Made by a program: the position numbers and the translations under genes | Shown: positions 1 to 10,887 of the stretch, in pieces | Numbering within the stretch: position 1 is the stretch's first letter | Layout of the letters: the number at the start of each line of letters is the position of its first letter | Notes under the pieces: generated by a model | What the model was told of the DNA's origin: nothing | Seen by the model: the letters and a program-made list of their open reading frames with translations, nothing else | The model's database searches: none | Assembly: GCA_016211945.1 (NCBI GenBank) | Contig: JACRHV010000006.1 | Span: forward strand, 146,093 to 210,092 | Length of the DNA: 64,000 nt | From: Minisyncoccota bacterium | GTDB taxonomy: Bacteria; Patescibacteriota; Microgenomatia; UBA1400; UBA12028 | Direction of reading: 5' to 3'

Positions 1-436
1 CACAAAAGGCGAATATGTGCCGTCACTAAGCGGCGAAGGGAAAATGAGCAAGTCGGTTGAGGGGAGCTTTATTAATTTAACAGATTCGCTCGACGAAATT
101 CGCAAAAAAGTACGTTCAGTTCCAACGGCGACGGTAGCAGGCGGGGAGATGACCGGGGGAGTAAAAACGCTTTTCACTTTCCTCGAATTGTGTTCACCAG
201 ACCAAGTCGCGTCATTCAAAAATGAGTTTGAAGAGAGGACATTGAAGTTTGTTGCACTAAAAGATGCGGTAACCGATGCGATCTATACAATGCTCAAACC
301 ATTGCAGGAAAAACGCGTCAAGTTAGTGCAAGATCAAGCATATATCGACAATGTCATTTGTGAAGGCGCAGAAAAAGCACGTCATATTGCTCGAAAAACA
401 GTAAATGAAGTCAAAGAAAAAATGGGGTTGGAGTGA
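1..436 (+). CDS. trpS: Tryptophan--tRNA ligase, C-terminal fragment (the gene starts upstream of the window)
   Basis: Class I aaRS KMSKS motif ('GEGKMSKS') followed by a TrpRS-like C-terminal anticodon-binding region. The ORF is open to the window edge. Confidence 0.8.
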   Translation, partial: TKGEYVPSLSGEGKMSKSVEGSFINLTDSLDEIRKKVRSVPTATVAGGEMTGGVKTLFTFLELCSPDQVASFKNEFEERTLKFVALKDAVTDAIYTMLKPLQEKRVKLVQDQAYIDNVICEGAEKARHIARKTVNEVKEKMGLE

Positions 437-460
437 GGAGGAAACATTTCAAGTGAAGTT

Positions 461-742
461 GTGAAGATGGCTGAAGAGTTAGAGAGAAAGCATGGACGTT
501 CTCCTGCAAGAACGTTTCAACTTGCTGTGACTGTGTGTGATAAACAGAAAATTTATGGCGCTTCTTCAAAAGAAGAAAGGGAAGATTGCAAAAGAGAAAT
601 GGAAAAATTTCAGGCAATCTTAAAAAAGATTATTGAATCCTATGGAGGCATTGAGGTTATTGATAATTGGCTCATAGCACACGACACACATCAATTACTC
701 AATGGAATTAAGGATATGGATTGGGATTTTTTATCCAAATAA
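461..742 (+). CDS. Hypothetical protein (93 aa)
   Basis: Intact ORF between trpS and the tRNA-binding protein gene. No recognisable motif. Confidence 0.35.
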   Translation: MKMAEELERKHGRSPARTFQLAVTVCDKQKIYGASSKEEREDCKREMEKFQAILKKIIESYGGIEVIDNWLIAHDTHQLLNGIKDMDWDFLSK

Positions 743-790
743 TACTTTCATTGCCCCCATCTTTCCCGCATGCTACAATCGCGCATGCTC

Positions 791-1126
791 ATGAAAACGT
801 CTATCGCATATTCAGATTTTGAGAAGCTTGATTTTCGCATCGGAACAATTGTAGAGGCATCGGCGCCAGAGTGGTCCTCGAAGCTTCTTCGATTTGTTGT
901 TGATTTTGGCGCAGAAATCGGGAAAAGGATTATTTTTTCCGGGATTCGAAAATGGTATGCTCCGGAAGATTGTATCGGCAAACAATACATTTTTCTTGTC
1001 AACCTCGAATCAAAGAAAATGGGTGATGAAGAAAGTCAGGGAATGATGGTCATGATAGATACCGATGAGCAACCCATCGTTGTTACACTTCAACAAACGG
1101 TTGCAAACGGAACGACTGTTCGTTAA
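791..1126 (+). CDS. tRNA-binding domain protein (CsaA/EMAP/Myf-like OB fold)
   Basis: 'DFEKLDFRIGTIVEA' is typical of the tRNA-binding OB domain found in CsaA and the MetRS C-terminus. The start was chosen at the internal Met 'MKTSIAYSDF'. Confidence 0.65.
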   Translation: MKTSIAYSDFEKLDFRIGTIVEASAPEWSSKLLRFVVDFGAEIGKRIIFSGIRKWYAPEDCIGKQYIFLVNLESKKMGDEESQGMMVMIDTDEQPIVVTLQQTVANGTTVR

Positions 1127-1161
1127 TTTCAGGTACAATACTAGAAGAAGGGACTGGTGAT

Positions 1162-3036
1162 ATGGAAGAGAAGAAAAAATCCAACGGCAAACACATGAAG
1201 AAAATTGAGATGCAGATTAATGTAAATCCCAAAAACATGGTGTTGTGGGTCATGATTGGCCTTCTCTTTTTGCCATACCTTTTCTCACTCATATCCGGAG
1301 GGAACGGAAATAAAATTGCACTTTCCCAATTAGTGAATGATGTGCGTGATCAAAAAGTGCAAAAAATTAAAATTACAGGACAAGATGTTGATGTTTTATA
1401 TAAAGATGGCGGAAAGAAAATAACGCGAAAAGAAGAATCACAACAACTGACGGAAGTATTTCAAGCTTCAAGCATCGATCCTTCTTCTGTAGAAACAGAG
1501 GTTGTGATACCTTCACTTACTACACAGTTTTTTTCCTTTTTTGCAAACTACGTATTACCTGCGCTTATTATTGGGGTGTTGATTCTCGTTCTCATGCGTC
1601 GTCAAATGGGCGGTGATGGCGGCATTTTTGCAATGGGCAAGTCTCGAGCCAAGTTGTTTAATAAGGGAAAGCAGGACGTAAAGTTTGGTGATGTTGGTGG
1701 GTTGAAAGAGGCGAAGCGAGAGCTAGAGGAAGTCGTTGACTTCCTCAAAAATCCAAAAAAATATAAAGATGTTGGGGCGCGTGTTCCCAAGGGTGTTTTA
1801 TTAGTTGGTCCAAGTGGAACCGGTAAAACCATGCTCGCCCGTGCTGTCGCCGGAGAAGCCAACGTCCCCTTCCTTTCCATGGCTGGTTCGGAGTTCATGG
1901 AGATGTTGGTTGGTGTTGGAGCCTCGCGTGCGCGCGATCTTTTTGAGACGGCAAAAAAGACTGCGCCGTCGATTATTTTTATCGATGAAATTGATGCGAT
2001 TGGCCGCATGCGCGGATTTGGCTCAATGGGTGGTCACGATGAACGCGAGCAAACACTCAATCAAATCTTAGTTGAAATGGATGGATTTACCCAGAACGAT
2101 GCAGTCATTGTGTTGGCTGCAACAAACCGTGGGGATCTTCTTGATCCTGCGCTCGTGCGTCCGGGACGATTCGACCGTCGCGTAACCTTAGATCTTCCAG
2201 ATCTTGAAGAACGCAAGTTTATTTTAAATATTCACTCAAAGAACAAACCATTCGTGAAAAACATTGATTGGGATAAAATTTCTAAACGAACCGTTGGATT
2301 TTCTGGTGCTGATCTTGAAAACATGCTCAACGAGGCTGCTATTCTCATCGCACGTGAAGGTCGAACAGAGATTAACACAAAAGATATCGAAGAAGCAGCG
2401 CTAAAAGTTAAACTCGGTCCGGAGAAGAAAAAACTCCAGTCCGACCTTGAAAGAAAAATGACGGCGTACCACGAGGGTGGCCACGCGATTCTTGCGCACT
2501 TCTTGCCAAATACAGATCCCGTCCACCGGATCTCCATTGTGTCTCGTGGACATGCGCTTGGGTTTACCATGACGCCTCCAGAACAAGATAAGTACCAGCA
2601 AACACAGTCAGAATTAGAAGATCAAATCGTGGTGTTGTTTGGCGGACGCACCGCTGAAAAATTGGTGTTCGAAGAACTCACGGGCGGCGCAAGTAGTGAT
2701 ATTGAACGTGCCACACGTATTGCACGTGCCATGGTGATTGACTATGGCATGTCGCCACTTGGTCCTATGAATTTTGGTCCGTTGTACGATACCTCGGACT
2801 ATGGACGTGTGATGGGAGAGCCGCCACGGTTGTCTGATGCGCTCCAAGCAAAGGTGGACCATGAGATTACATCGATTGTTGATCGTGCAACCAAAAAGGC
2901 AGAGGTATTGCTGAAGAAATATATGAAAAAATTGGATCTCGTGGCAGAAAAATTGCTTGAAATTGAGACGGTAGAAGGGGACGAATTTGAAGCACTTATG
3001 GGTGAGAAAAAAACACGCGCAACACCATTGTTGTAA
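1162..3036 (+). CDS. ftsH: ATP-dependent zinc metalloprotease FtsH
   Basis: N-terminal TM helices, AAA+ Walker A 'GPSGTGKT' and Walker B 'IIFIDEID', the SRH, and the zinc-binding 'HEGGHA' HExxH motif. Confidence 0.95.
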   Translation: MEEKKKSNGKHMKKIEMQINVNPKNMVLWVMIGLLFLPYLFSLISGGNGNKIALSQLVNDVRDQKVQKIKITGQDVDVLYKDGGKKITRKEESQQLTEVFQASSIDPSSVETEVVIPSLTTQFFSFFANYVLPALIIGVLILVLMRRQMGGDGGIFAMGKSRAKLFNKGKQDVKFGDVGGLKEAKRELEEVVDFLKNPKKYKDVGARVPKGVLLVGPSGTGKTMLARAVAGEANVPFLSMAGSEFMEMLVGVGASRARDLFETAKKTAPSIIFIDEIDAIGRMRGFGSMGGHDEREQTLNQILVEMDGFTQNDAVIVLAATNRGDLLDPALVRPGRFDRRVTLDLPDLEERKFILNIHSKNKPFVKNIDWDKISKRTVGFSGADLENMLNEAAILIAREGRTEINTKDIEEAALKVKLGPEKKKLQSDLERKMTAYHEGGHAILAHFLPNTDPVHRISIVSRGHALGFTMTPPEQDKYQQTQSELEDQIVVLFGGRTAEKLVFEELTGGASSDIERATRIARAMVIDYGMSPLGPMNFGPLYDTSDYGRVMGEPPRLSDALQAKVDHEITSIVDRATKKAEVLLKKYMKKLDLVAEKLLEIETVEGDEFEALMGEKKTRATPLL

Positions 3037-3056
3037 TTCAATGATACACTAGAAAG

Positions 3057-3521
3057 ATGTCTGAATTTTCTGCCCATAAAACATTTACGAGGCGTTTAAT
3101 CCATCACCGTCCTTTTCGTAACGCACTTCTTTTTCTTCTCGTTTTTTCGATTTTTCTCGGTGTCATCATCGTTCCAATAGAGTCCACACATCGATTTGCA
3201 AAGATCCATACCACTGAAGAGGGATTATGGTGGGCCGTGACAACGGTGACGGGAGTTGGTTTTGGCGACTATGTTCCTGTGACAACGTTGGGAAGAATAA
3301 TAGGAGCCGTATTGGAGATAACCGGTGTTACGATGTTTGGGTTGCTGATAGGTATCATCGGCATTACCATGACAAAGAGACAGGAAGAGTATACATGGTT
3401 TCGATTATTTGATCGGCTCGATCAAATTGAAACACGCATTGGACATATGGAAAAAGGAAACTCAACAATTATTAAACATAATTTTGAAGAAGAAAAAACT
3501 ACGTCTCAAAAAATTTCTTAA
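3057..3521 (+). CDS. Minimal two-TM potassium channel (KcsA-like pore domain)
   Basis: TM1, a pore helix, a selectivity-filter-like 'TVTGVGFGDY', then TM2. Confidence 0.55.
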   Translation: MSEFSAHKTFTRRLIHHRPFRNALLFLLVFSIFLGVIIVPIESTHRFAKIHTTEEGLWWAVTTVTGVGFGDYVPVTTLGRIIGAVLEITGVTMFGLLIGIIGITMTKRQEEYTWFRLFDRLDQIETRIGHMEKGNSTIIKHNFEEEKTTSQKIS

Positions 3522-3948
3522 AAACAAACTGTTGCTTGATTTTTTTATATCCGAGATGTTCGTAAAATCCATGCGCTTGTGTACGTGAAACATTGCTAGA
3601 AAGAACGATGATATGAATGTCTTGTCTTTTTGTCCATTCTTCAACACTCTTTATGAGTTGAGACCCTACTCCTTTTCCTTGATATTTATCAAGAACAGCG
3701 AGTCCGTGGAGCTCAACTGATCGTGGAGTTTCCAAAAGGTCGCGAATATATGCATGACAAAAACCAATAATCTTATCATCGTCTTTTGCAATATACAGTA
3801 CATGTGAAACTTGAGAGCAGATGCGTTGAAGTTTTTGTGTAATTTCTTCCAGGGTGTTGGGATATCCCATCATCTCAACGAGGGGTAGCATATCGTATGC
3901 TATTTTTGCATCCGCAAGCGAAATAGAAATATTCATGATATAAATCAT
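3499..3948 (-). CDS. GNAT family N-acetyltransferase
   Basis: Acetyl-CoA binding motif 'HGLAVLDKYQGKGVGSQL' (Q/RxxGxG/A). Confidence 0.7.
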   Translation of the reverse strand: MIYIMNISISLADAKIAYDMLPLVEMMGYPNTLEEITQKLQRICSQVSHVLYIAKDDDKIIGFCHAYIRDLLETPRSVELHGLAVLDKYQGKGVGSQLIKSVEEWTKRQDIHIIVLSSNVSRTQAHGFYEHLGYKKIKQQFVFKKFFET

Positions 3949-3978
3949 ATCCTATCAAATCTTTGCTACAATGTTCCA

Positions 3979-4920
3979 ATGGCGGACAAGAAAAAAGAAA
4001 CACTTGTACTCATCGATGGACATGCATTGGTGTTTCGCGCTTTTCACGCCTTTCCACCACTTACAACGTCCGATGGTGAACTTGTAAATGCAGTCTACGG
4101 CTTTACGCGTATTTTGTTAAAGGTTATTAAAGATCTCCAGCCAAAATATATTGCGGTTGCGTTTGATATGGGAAAGCCGACCTTTCGGCACACAGAGTTT
4201 GTGGGATATAAAGCACAAAGAAAAGAAACACCAAGCGAACTTATCAGTCAGCTTGGTCGTGTGCAGGACATGGTTCGCGCACTCAATATTCCGATTTTTG
4301 GCGTGGAAGGATATGAAGCAGACGATGTGATTGGAACAATTGCCGAAACAATGAAAAACAAGGTGAAGGTGTTGATTGTGACGGGGGATAAGGATGCGTT
4401 TCAACTCGTTCAAGATGATAAGGTAATGGTTTACATGCCCCCGCGCCAGCGTGAGGATGCGAAAGAATACAACGAAAAAGATGTTGAGGAAAAAATGGGA
4501 ATTCCGCCGTCGCTCATTGTAGACTATAAAGCACTTTCCGGTGATCAATCGGACAATATTCCAGGAGTTCAAGGTGTGGGCCCAAAGACAGCGGTGACAT
4601 TATTGAAAACATTTGGATCGGTAGATGGGATATATGAGGCCCTACAAGATCCGTCAAAACTCAATGGTGAACAAAAAACAGTACTTAAAGAAAAACTTGT
4701 GGAGAAACTTGTGAATGGTCACGACTCAGCACGCATGAGTCGGCATCTTGCAACCATTGATCGCACCGTCCCGCTTTCATTTGTTCTGGACAATTGTGCT
4801 GTAAGTGGGTATGACAAACAGAAAACCGTTGAGCTGTTGGACAAACTTGGATTTAAAAGTTTGGTAAATCTTTTGCCTGCTGATGAGTTTGAAAAAGGCG
4901 TTCAGGAGGCGCTTTTTTAA
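3979..4920 (+). CDS. Stand-alone 5'-3' exonuclease (Pol I N-terminal / FEN-like)
   Basis: 'LVLIDGHALVFRAFHA', 'GYKAQR', 'GYEADDVIGT', 'VTGDKDAFQL', and the H3TH region 'SDNIPGVQGVGPKTA'. The ORF ends without a polymerase domain. Confidence 0.85.
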   Translation: MADKKKETLVLIDGHALVFRAFHAFPPLTTSDGELVNAVYGFTRILLKVIKDLQPKYIAVAFDMGKPTFRHTEFVGYKAQRKETPSELISQLGRVQDMVRALNIPIFGVEGYEADDVIGTIAETMKNKVKVLIVTGDKDAFQLVQDDKVMVYMPPRQREDAKEYNEKDVEEKMGIPPSLIVDYKALSGDQSDNIPGVQGVGPKTAVTLLKTFGSVDGIYEALQDPSKLNGEQKTVLKEKLVEKLVNGHDSARMSRHLATIDRTVPLSFVLDNCAVSGYDKQKTVELLDKLGFKSLVNLLPADEFEKGVQEALF

Positions 4921-6020
4921 TGGACAAAAAAACACTACGTATCGCACTTGTTCACGATTACCTACGAGAGTACGGTGGGGCGGAACGGGTGGTGGAAGCG
5001 CTGCATGAGATGTTCCCATCCGCTCCGCTATACACCGCATTTGTAGACAAGGAGGCGATGGGGACACAGTGGAAACGATTTGAGAACTGGGATGTTCGTG
5101 AATCGTGGGCAAAGAACATCCCTGGGATAAAAATGTTGTATTCACCATTGCGTGTTTTTGCAGACAAATTTTTTCAATCATTTAATCTTTCTACATACGA
5201 TATTGTGATTTCATCAACCAATGTGTATATGGCAAAGAGCGTGCGTACAGCAAAAAATGCGAGGCATTTTTGTTATTGTCACACTCCACCAAGATCGCTG
5301 TATGGATATACCACCATGACTGACTGGAAGAAAAACCCATTCATTCGTGTAGCTGGAGAACTTGTAAATCATTACATGCGTATTGTTGATTTCAAAACAG
5401 CACAGAATCCTACACAGTTCATTGCGAACTCCAAAGAAGTCCAAAAAAGAATAACAAAATTTTATCGAAGAGACTCGATTGTTGTGTATCCGCCCATTTT
5501 AGTTCCTCCCTTTCCTCCTCATGATGAAAAAGAAGATTTTTGTTTGTATGTTGGACGACTCGCAGCGAGCAAACACGTTGATTTGGTTGTCAAAACATGT
5601 ACGACGATGAAACAGAAATTGTTTGTTGTTGGATCAGGTAAATTACCTGCATACCTCCGATCACTTGCAGGAGACTCTGTATCATTTTTGGGATCTGTTT
5701 CTGACGAAGTATTGAATCGACTTTACGAAAAGGCAAAGGTTGTCATCTATCCCGCAGAAGATGAAGATTTTGGCATGATTCCCGTTGAGGCGATGGCACG
5801 CGGAACTCCTGTTATTGTGCACCGATCCGGAGGCTTCCTCGAGTCCGTCGTCGACGGGAAAACTGGAATATTTATCGACGATTTTACCGAGAAAACATTG
5901 CAAACTGCAATTCATACATGCGAGAAAACGCATTGGGATCACGCCGCAATTTACCGGCACGCAAAACGGTTTTCAAAAGAACGATTTCAAAAAGAAATAC
6001 TGGAACTGATTTCAGGGTGA
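4920..6020 (+). CDS. Glycosyltransferase family 4 (GT-B fold)
   Basis: C-terminal 'EDFGMIPVEAMARGTPVIVHRSGGFLESVVDGKTG' is the EX7E-type GT4 signature. Confidence 0.8.
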   Translation: MDKKTLRIALVHDYLREYGGAERVVEALHEMFPSAPLYTAFVDKEAMGTQWKRFENWDVRESWAKNIPGIKMLYSPLRVFADKFFQSFNLSTYDIVISSTNVYMAKSVRTAKNARHFCYCHTPPRSLYGYTTMTDWKKNPFIRVAGELVNHYMRIVDFKTAQNPTQFIANSKEVQKRITKFYRRDSIVVYPPILVPPFPPHDEKEDFCLYVGRLAASKHVDLVVKTCTTMKQKLFVVGSGKLPAYLRSLAGDSVSFLGSVSDEVLNRLYEKAKVVIYPAEDEDFGMIPVEAMARGTPVIVHRSGGFLESVVDGKTGIFIDDFTEKTLQTAIHTCEKTHWDHAAIYRHAKRFSKERFQKEILELISG

Positions 6021-6028
6021 CGCATTTC

Positions 6029-7513
6029 TTATGGTGTCGCAGGCGACGTTGCCGTTATTTCAGCTGCCGGTGTTACCACTTGTGACTCCAACGGAATCAA
6101 TCGAATCGACGCAACGGAGTTCACGGTCATCGGTATTACGATCCTCAACTCAGCAGAAGTAGTAGACACTTCTTGCCTATCGTTTCTTCCATCCAAAAAT
6201 TGTTGGTCCACAACAAATCGTGATCCAACAACATTGCGAAATGTTACAGGAACATTCTCGTTATGTTTTCCTGCGGGATCGTAGTTTGCCAAAACAACAG
6301 TTGTCGTGTCACCGGATCGTGCGGCCATTCCCTTTACCCAGCTTCCCTTTCCCAAAATAGGCAAGCGTTGGTTTCCAATACCATCAATCATGCGAAGTGC
6401 GCGATATCGAGGTTTCACTTTTGCGCCAAAGTCTTTGTGTGTAAACAACCCCCATCTCCCCCAATACTCCTTTCCCTCCGGGCCTTTCCCATCTTGGATC
6501 TCAAATACAAATCCGCGCTGAATTTGTCCCACCATCTCGGTTGCAACCGCAGCAGTATGTGCCGCACCAAAAATACCGTCGTACCCAAAATCAACCTCAG
6601 AGTCGTGTCCCCATTCTGTAATATGAAACTCCACGTTTGCGAACTGCGGGAACGACGCAACCCAGTTTTGAATATCGCGAAAGTCCCGGCGGTACGCGTC
6701 AATATCGCGTGCGTACCGATGCCAGGAAAGAAAATCCAAGCGCAAGTTGTTTTTACTCACATGATCCAAAAGCTCAGTGATCCAGTTTTTGTATAAACCG
6801 GTTGTTGCGGGTCCACCAAACGTAAATGTTTTTGCGCCGTTTGCCGCAGCCTGTTGCGCACCACGGGAGGCGTAGGTATACAGTGTTAAGTAATTTTTTG
6901 AACTCCCAATTCTCCATTTTCCAAACAAGTCTGGCTCGTTCCACACTTCATATGCGACATTCTCAATTCCACGATCCTTACTAAAATGCTCAACGGTGCG
7001 CTGGATAACCTGTTGGTACTCGTTCCAGTTCGAAGGTTGGCCTACAATGTCGCCACTTGGCGCAAGAACAGATGGAGTATATGACAAAGCGATGTACGGT
7101 TTTGCTCCGGTATTCAAAATATCGGTCACAACAGCGTCCATTTTTGTCCAGTTGTATTGGAGTCCGCCATTTCCACCACGCGACACAATGTCAAAAAAAT
7201 CGTAGATGTGATCGATGCGAATATACTCCGGCTGAAGTGCTTTCACTTGTGCGACGAGTGGCTGGAGTCTCCAATCTTTATCTTCCCCTCCTTGTGCAAG
7301 GTTGCGCCACGGTCTCGGCATAGGGCCTAAAATTGCCTGTGTATCAATGGAAATATTCGCCTCTTCACCAGAGGCCCCAATAAAAAGATCGCGAATAGTA
7401 CTCAGATTGGACACCCCAATAAAAATGCTCACAGTTAAAAGGATGATAGGAATAAGAGTAAAGATTGTTTTTCTTAGGTAGGTTTGACGATGTTTAGCTG
7501 CGGCAGTTGGCAT
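6029..7513 (-). CDS. Membrane-anchored glycoside hydrolase, clan GH-A (GH5/GH39-like)
   Basis: N-terminal TM anchor. Acid/base motif 'EVWNEPD' and nucleophile motif 'HITEWG', spaced as expected for a (beta/alpha)8 retaining glycosidase. Confidence 0.65.
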   Translation of the reverse strand: MPTAAAKHRQTYLRKTIFTLIPIILLTVSIFIGVSNLSTIRDLFIGASGEEANISIDTQAILGPMPRPWRNLAQGGEDKDWRLQPLVAQVKALQPEYIRIDHIYDFFDIVSRGGNGGLQYNWTKMDAVVTDILNTGAKPYIALSYTPSVLAPSGDIVGQPSNWNEYQQVIQRTVEHFSKDRGIENVAYEVWNEPDLFGKWRIGSSKNYLTLYTYASRGAQQAAANGAKTFTFGGPATTGLYKNWITELLDHVSKNNLRLDFLSWHRYARDIDAYRRDFRDIQNWVASFPQFANVEFHITEWGHDSEVDFGYDGIFGAAHTAAVATEMVGQIQRGFVFEIQDGKGPEGKEYWGRWGLFTHKDFGAKVKPRYRALRMIDGIGNQRLPILGKGSWVKGMAARSGDTTTVVLANYDPAGKHNENVPVTFRNVVGSRFVVDQQFLDGRNDRQEVSTTSAELRIVIPMTVNSVASIRLIPLESQVVTPAAEITATSPATP

Positions 7514-7582
7514 ACTCTACTAGAGTACTCAGTTTTCAGGAGAATCACAAGTATTCTCATTCCATTTACTGTTGACACGCCA

Positions 7583-7609
7583 TTAGCACTCATGATAGTA
7601 TTCTGCTAA
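7583..7609 (+). promoter_or_regulatory. CIRCE-like HrcA operator overlapping a sigma70-like promoter
   Basis: TTAGCACTC-N9-TTCTGCTAA. The left arm is a perfect CIRCE half-site and the right arm matches 6/9. A TTGACA -35 box sits at 7572-7577, and the element lies about 40 nt upstream of hrcA. Confidence 0.55.
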
Positions 7610-7645
7610 TTCGTCTGCGTTTTGCAGAAGAATCAAAGGAAATAT

Positions 7646-8377
7646 ATGGTCGATCTTACATCAAGACAAGTCCAGATCCTCAAAGCTGTTATTGAGGAAT
7701 ATCTCGAAACAGCTGAGCCCGTTGGGTCTGATACCATCGACAAGAAGTATAACCTCGGGGTTTCTCCCGCAACCATCCGCAACGAGATGGTGAATTTGTC
7801 TGAACAAGGCTATCTTAAACAACCCCACACTTCAGCTGGCCGCATCCCCACAGCAACCGCACTCAAACTTTATGTCAAAGAACTCATGAACAAGAAGAAC
7901 CTGTCTGTTGCAGACGAAGTATCCATGAAGGAGCGGATTTGGGAGACAAAAGACGATCTCAACACACTTCTCCAGGAGTCCGCAAAGGTTTTAGCTGAGC
8001 GGACAAAATCCATTGGGATTGCGTTTACCGATGACAATAAACACGCCTATCACGCGGGATACGCACATATTCTCGATGCACCGGAATTTTTTGATCTTGA
8101 TGTGACACGCACCGTCCTTTCTCTCTTGGAAGAAACACGCCAACTTGATACGATCTTCAATAAAGTGTGGGGTGATGATGTTGTTCATCTTGTGTTAGGA
8201 GAGGACCTTGGGAATGTCTACCTCGAACCCGTAAGCATCATGTTTACAGATTTTACTTGTGCAAATCGACATTGTTCACTCGGAGTTATTGGTCCAAGTC
8301 GACTAAACTATCAACGCGTGGTACCAATGCTTGAGTATTTTCATGATCTCATCACAAGTGTGATTCCAAATAAGTAA
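7646..8377 (+). CDS. hrcA: Heat-inducible transcription repressor HrcA
   Basis: N-terminal wHTH 'LTSRQVQILKAVIEEY...VGSDTI...GVSPATIRNEM..LSEQGYL'. It is the first gene of a hrcA-grpE-dnaK-dnaJ operon. The alternative upstream start is at 7622. Confidence 0.9.
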   Translation: MVDLTSRQVQILKAVIEEYLETAEPVGSDTIDKKYNLGVSPATIRNEMVNLSEQGYLKQPHTSAGRIPTATALKLYVKELMNKKNLSVADEVSMKERIWETKDDLNTLLQESAKVLAERTKSIGIAFTDDNKHAYHAGYAHILDAPEFFDLDVTRTVLSLLEETRQLDTIFNKVWGDDVVHLVLGEDLGNVYLEPVSIMFTDFTCANRHCSLGVIGPSRLNYQRVVPMLEYFHDLITSVIPNK

Positions 8378-8386
8378 AGAAAAACT

Positions 8387-8902
8387 ATGCCAACACATCA
8401 AAAACAACCACAAAAAGACGCACATCTTGCCCAAGAAATTGAGGCATTGAAGAAATTGGTGCAGGAAAAAGACGATGTGAATAAGCGCGCACTGGCAGAT
8501 TATATCAATCTTCAAAAGCGCACCGAGGAAGATCGAAAAAAGCTCGCAAAGATTATTATCGCAACCTTCGCGTCGCAACTCTTAGAACCGTTGCGTAATC
8601 TTGAGTTGCAGTTTGACCACGCAAAAGATCCCGTGATTGGTCTTGTGATTAAACAAATCAAGCAGACGTTTGGACAAGAAGGGATTATTGAGGTTGGAAA
8701 TGTGGGAGACGAATACTCGGAAGAATCTATGGAGGTTGTGGAGACTACAGATGGAGAGAAAAACAAGGTGGTGCGAGTGGTGCAAAAAGGATATGTACTG
8801 GATGGATTTGTATTACAGCCGGCAAAAGTTGTGGTTGGCCACACGGAACACATTGAAAAACAGGAAGATAAAAAAATAGAAAAGCAAAGTTCAGAAAAAT
8901 AA
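8387..8902 (+). CDS. grpE: Nucleotide exchange factor GrpE
   Basis: A coiled-coil N-terminus, '[12 protein letters not shown]', and a C-terminal beta domain. The gene sits between hrcA and dnaK. Confidence 0.85.
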   Translation: MPTHQKQPQKDAHLAQEIEALKKLVQEKDDVNKRALADYINLQKRTEEDRKKLAKIIIATFASQLLEPLRNLELQFDHAKDPVIGLVIKQIKQTFGQEGIIEVGNVGDEYSEESMEVVETTDGEKNKVVRVVQKGYVLDGFVLQPAKVVVGHTEHIEKQEDKKIEKQSSEK

Positions 8903-8912
8903 AGGAGGAACT

Positions 8913-10865
8913 ATGGCAAACTCAGGAAAAATTATCGGTATTGACCTCGGAACAACAAACTCCGCAGTCGCGGTGATGGAAGGTGGATCGCCAAAGGTCA
9001 TCCCAACCGCTGAGGGTTCAAATACGTTTCCGTCAATCGTGAGTCTCACAAAAAAAGGTGACTCGGTCGTGGTGGGAACGCCCGCAAAACGGCAAGCAAT
9101 CTTGAATCCAAAGAACACCATTGTTTCTGTCAAAAGACTTATGGGCCGCAAGCTTAAGGATGCCGAGGTTGAGAAGACCAAGAAACATGTGTCGTACACC
9201 ATTGTTGGTGGGAAAGACGACATGGCCGCGGTAGAGGTTGAGGGGAAAACATATACCCCACAAGAAATCTCGGCAAAAATCTTAATGAAAGCAAAGGCTG
9301 ATGCAGAGGCCTATTTGGGCGGCACGGTTGATCGTGCAGTGATTACCGTTCCGGCATATTTTGATGACTCACAACGCCAGGCAACCAAGCAGGCTGGTGA
9401 GATTGCGGGACTCAAAGTTGAGCGTATTTTGAACGAACCAACAGCCGCAGCTCTTGCCTACGGACTCGACAAAAAAACAAACGAAACGATCGTTGTCTAC
9501 GATCTTGGCGGTGGTACGTTTGATGTCACGGTGTTGGAAATCGGTGGCGGGGTTTTTGAGGTGAAAGCCACAAACGGCGATACCTTTTTAGGTGGTGACG
9601 ACTTTGATGCAAAGATCATTGAATGGATCGTTGCGGAGTTCAAGAAAGAAAACAGTATTGATTTGTCGAAGGACAACCAAGCGCTTCAACGTGTCCGTGA
9701 CGCTGCGGAACGGGCAAAGATCGAGTTGTCATCTGCACAGCAAACAGAGATCAATCAGCCATTCATTACACAAGGGCCGAATGGTCCGCTTCACCTTACC
9801 ATGACGCTTACGCGCGCCAAGATGGAAACGCTCGTTGATGAGTTGATCCAGAAGACATTTGGACCGGTGAAGCAAGCAATGAAGGATGCGGGAATTGGTG
9901 TGGACAAAGTAAATGAAGTTGTGTTGGTTGGTGGAATGACCCGTATGCCAAAGGTGCAGGACGAGGTGAAAAAGTTTTTTGGCAAGGAGCCGCACAAAGG
10001 TGTAAACCCCGATGAGGTGGTGGCGGTTGGTGCCGCGGTACAGGCCGGTGTCATTGGCGGTGACGTCAAAGATATTTTGTTGTTGGATGTCACACCACTA
10101 ACTTTGGGCCTAGAAACGCTTGGTGGTGTTCGCACAGCATTGATCCCGCGTAACACGACCGTTCCAACGAGCAAGTCGCAGATCTTCTCTACTGCCGCGG
10201 ACAATCAAACCTCGGTTGAGATCAATGTTTTGCAGGGTGAACGTGAGTTTGCCGCGGACAACAAGTCACTCGGCCGATTCATCTTGGATGGTATTCCGCC
10301 AGCTATGCGTGGTGTCCCGCAGGTTGAGGTAACCTTCGACATTGATGCCAACGGTATTCTACACGTCACTGCGAAAGATAAAACGAGTGGGAAAGAACAG
10401 AAAATCTCTATTCAGAACTCCACGAACTTGTCACAGGAAGAAATCGAGAAGATGAAGGCCGACGCAGAGAAGCATGCTGACGAGGACCGCAAGAAAAAGG
10501 AAGTGGTTGAGGCACGCAACAAAGCAAGTGGTGTCGCGTTTGAAATAGACAAACAGCTGAAGGAATATGGTGACAAAATTCCTGAAAGTGACAAGAAGGC
10601 GATTGAGGAAAACGTCAAGAAACTGAAGGAGTTGGCGGAAAAGCCGGAGTCTTCAAAAGAAGATTTGGAGAAGGCTACCGAGGAAACGCTCAAATCTGCA
10701 CAGAAGATTGGTGAAGCGATGGCAAAAGTACAACAGACAACGGCGGGAGCTGGAGCAGCAAGTGCCTCGGGTGCGGGTGCCGCCGGAGCGAAAGACGAGA
10801 AGAGCGCCAAAAGCGACAAAAAAGCAGACGGAAAAGTAGAGGAAGGTGAGGTTGTGAAGGAATAG
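8913..10865 (+). CDS. dnaK: Molecular chaperone DnaK (Hsp70)
   Basis: '[10 protein letters not shown]', 'DLGGGTFD', 'VGGMTRMP' and a C-terminal lid with a Gly/Ala-rich tail. Confidence 0.97.
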   Translation: MANSGKIIGIDLGTTNSAVAVMEGGSPKVIPTAEGSNTFPSIVSLTKKGDSVVVGTPAKRQAILNPKNTIVSVKRLMGRKLKDAEVEKTKKHVSYTIVGGKDDMAAVEVEGKTYTPQEISAKILMKAKADAEAYLGGTVDRAVITVPAYFDDSQRQATKQAGEIAGLKVERILNEPTAAALAYGLDKKTNETIVVYDLGGGTFDVTVLEIGGGVFEVKATNGDTFLGGDDFDAKIIEWIVAEFKKENSIDLSKDNQALQRVRDAAERAKIELSSAQQTEINQPFITQGPNGPLHLTMTLTRAKMETLVDELIQKTFGPVKQAMKDAGIGVDKVNEVVLVGGMTRMPKVQDEVKKFFGKEPHKGVNPDEVVAVGAAVQAGVIGGDVKDILLLDVTPLTLGLETLGGVRTALIPRNTTVPTSKSQIFSTAADNQTSVEINVLQGEREFAADNKSLGRFILDGIPPAMRGVPQVEVTFDIDANGILHVTAKDKTSGKEQKISIQNSTNLSQEEIEKMKADAEKHADEDRKKKEVVEARNKASGVAFEIDKQLKEYGDKIPESDKKAIEENVKKLKELAEKPESSKEDLEKATEETLKSAQKIGEAMAKVQQTTAGAGAASASGAGAAGAKDEKSAKSDKKADGKVEEGEVVKE

Positions 10866-10887
10866 TTCCTTTGCACTCAAATACACG

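Noticed and set aside
1602-2009. 135-aa minus-strand ORF inside ftsH
   Set aside because: It is antisense to a strongly supported housekeeping gene, and its protein is low-complexity (Ser/Pro/Ala-rich) as expected from the reverse frame of a GC-biased coding stretch.
6263-6796. 177-aa plus-strand ORF inside the glycoside hydrolase gene
   Set aside because: It is antisense to a CDS with clear catalytic motifs and has no motif of its own.
10412-10876. 154-aa minus-strand ORF at the 3' end of dnaK
   Set aside because: It is antisense to dnaK, with an Ala/Ser-rich composition reflecting the reverse of the Gly/Ala-rich DnaK tail.
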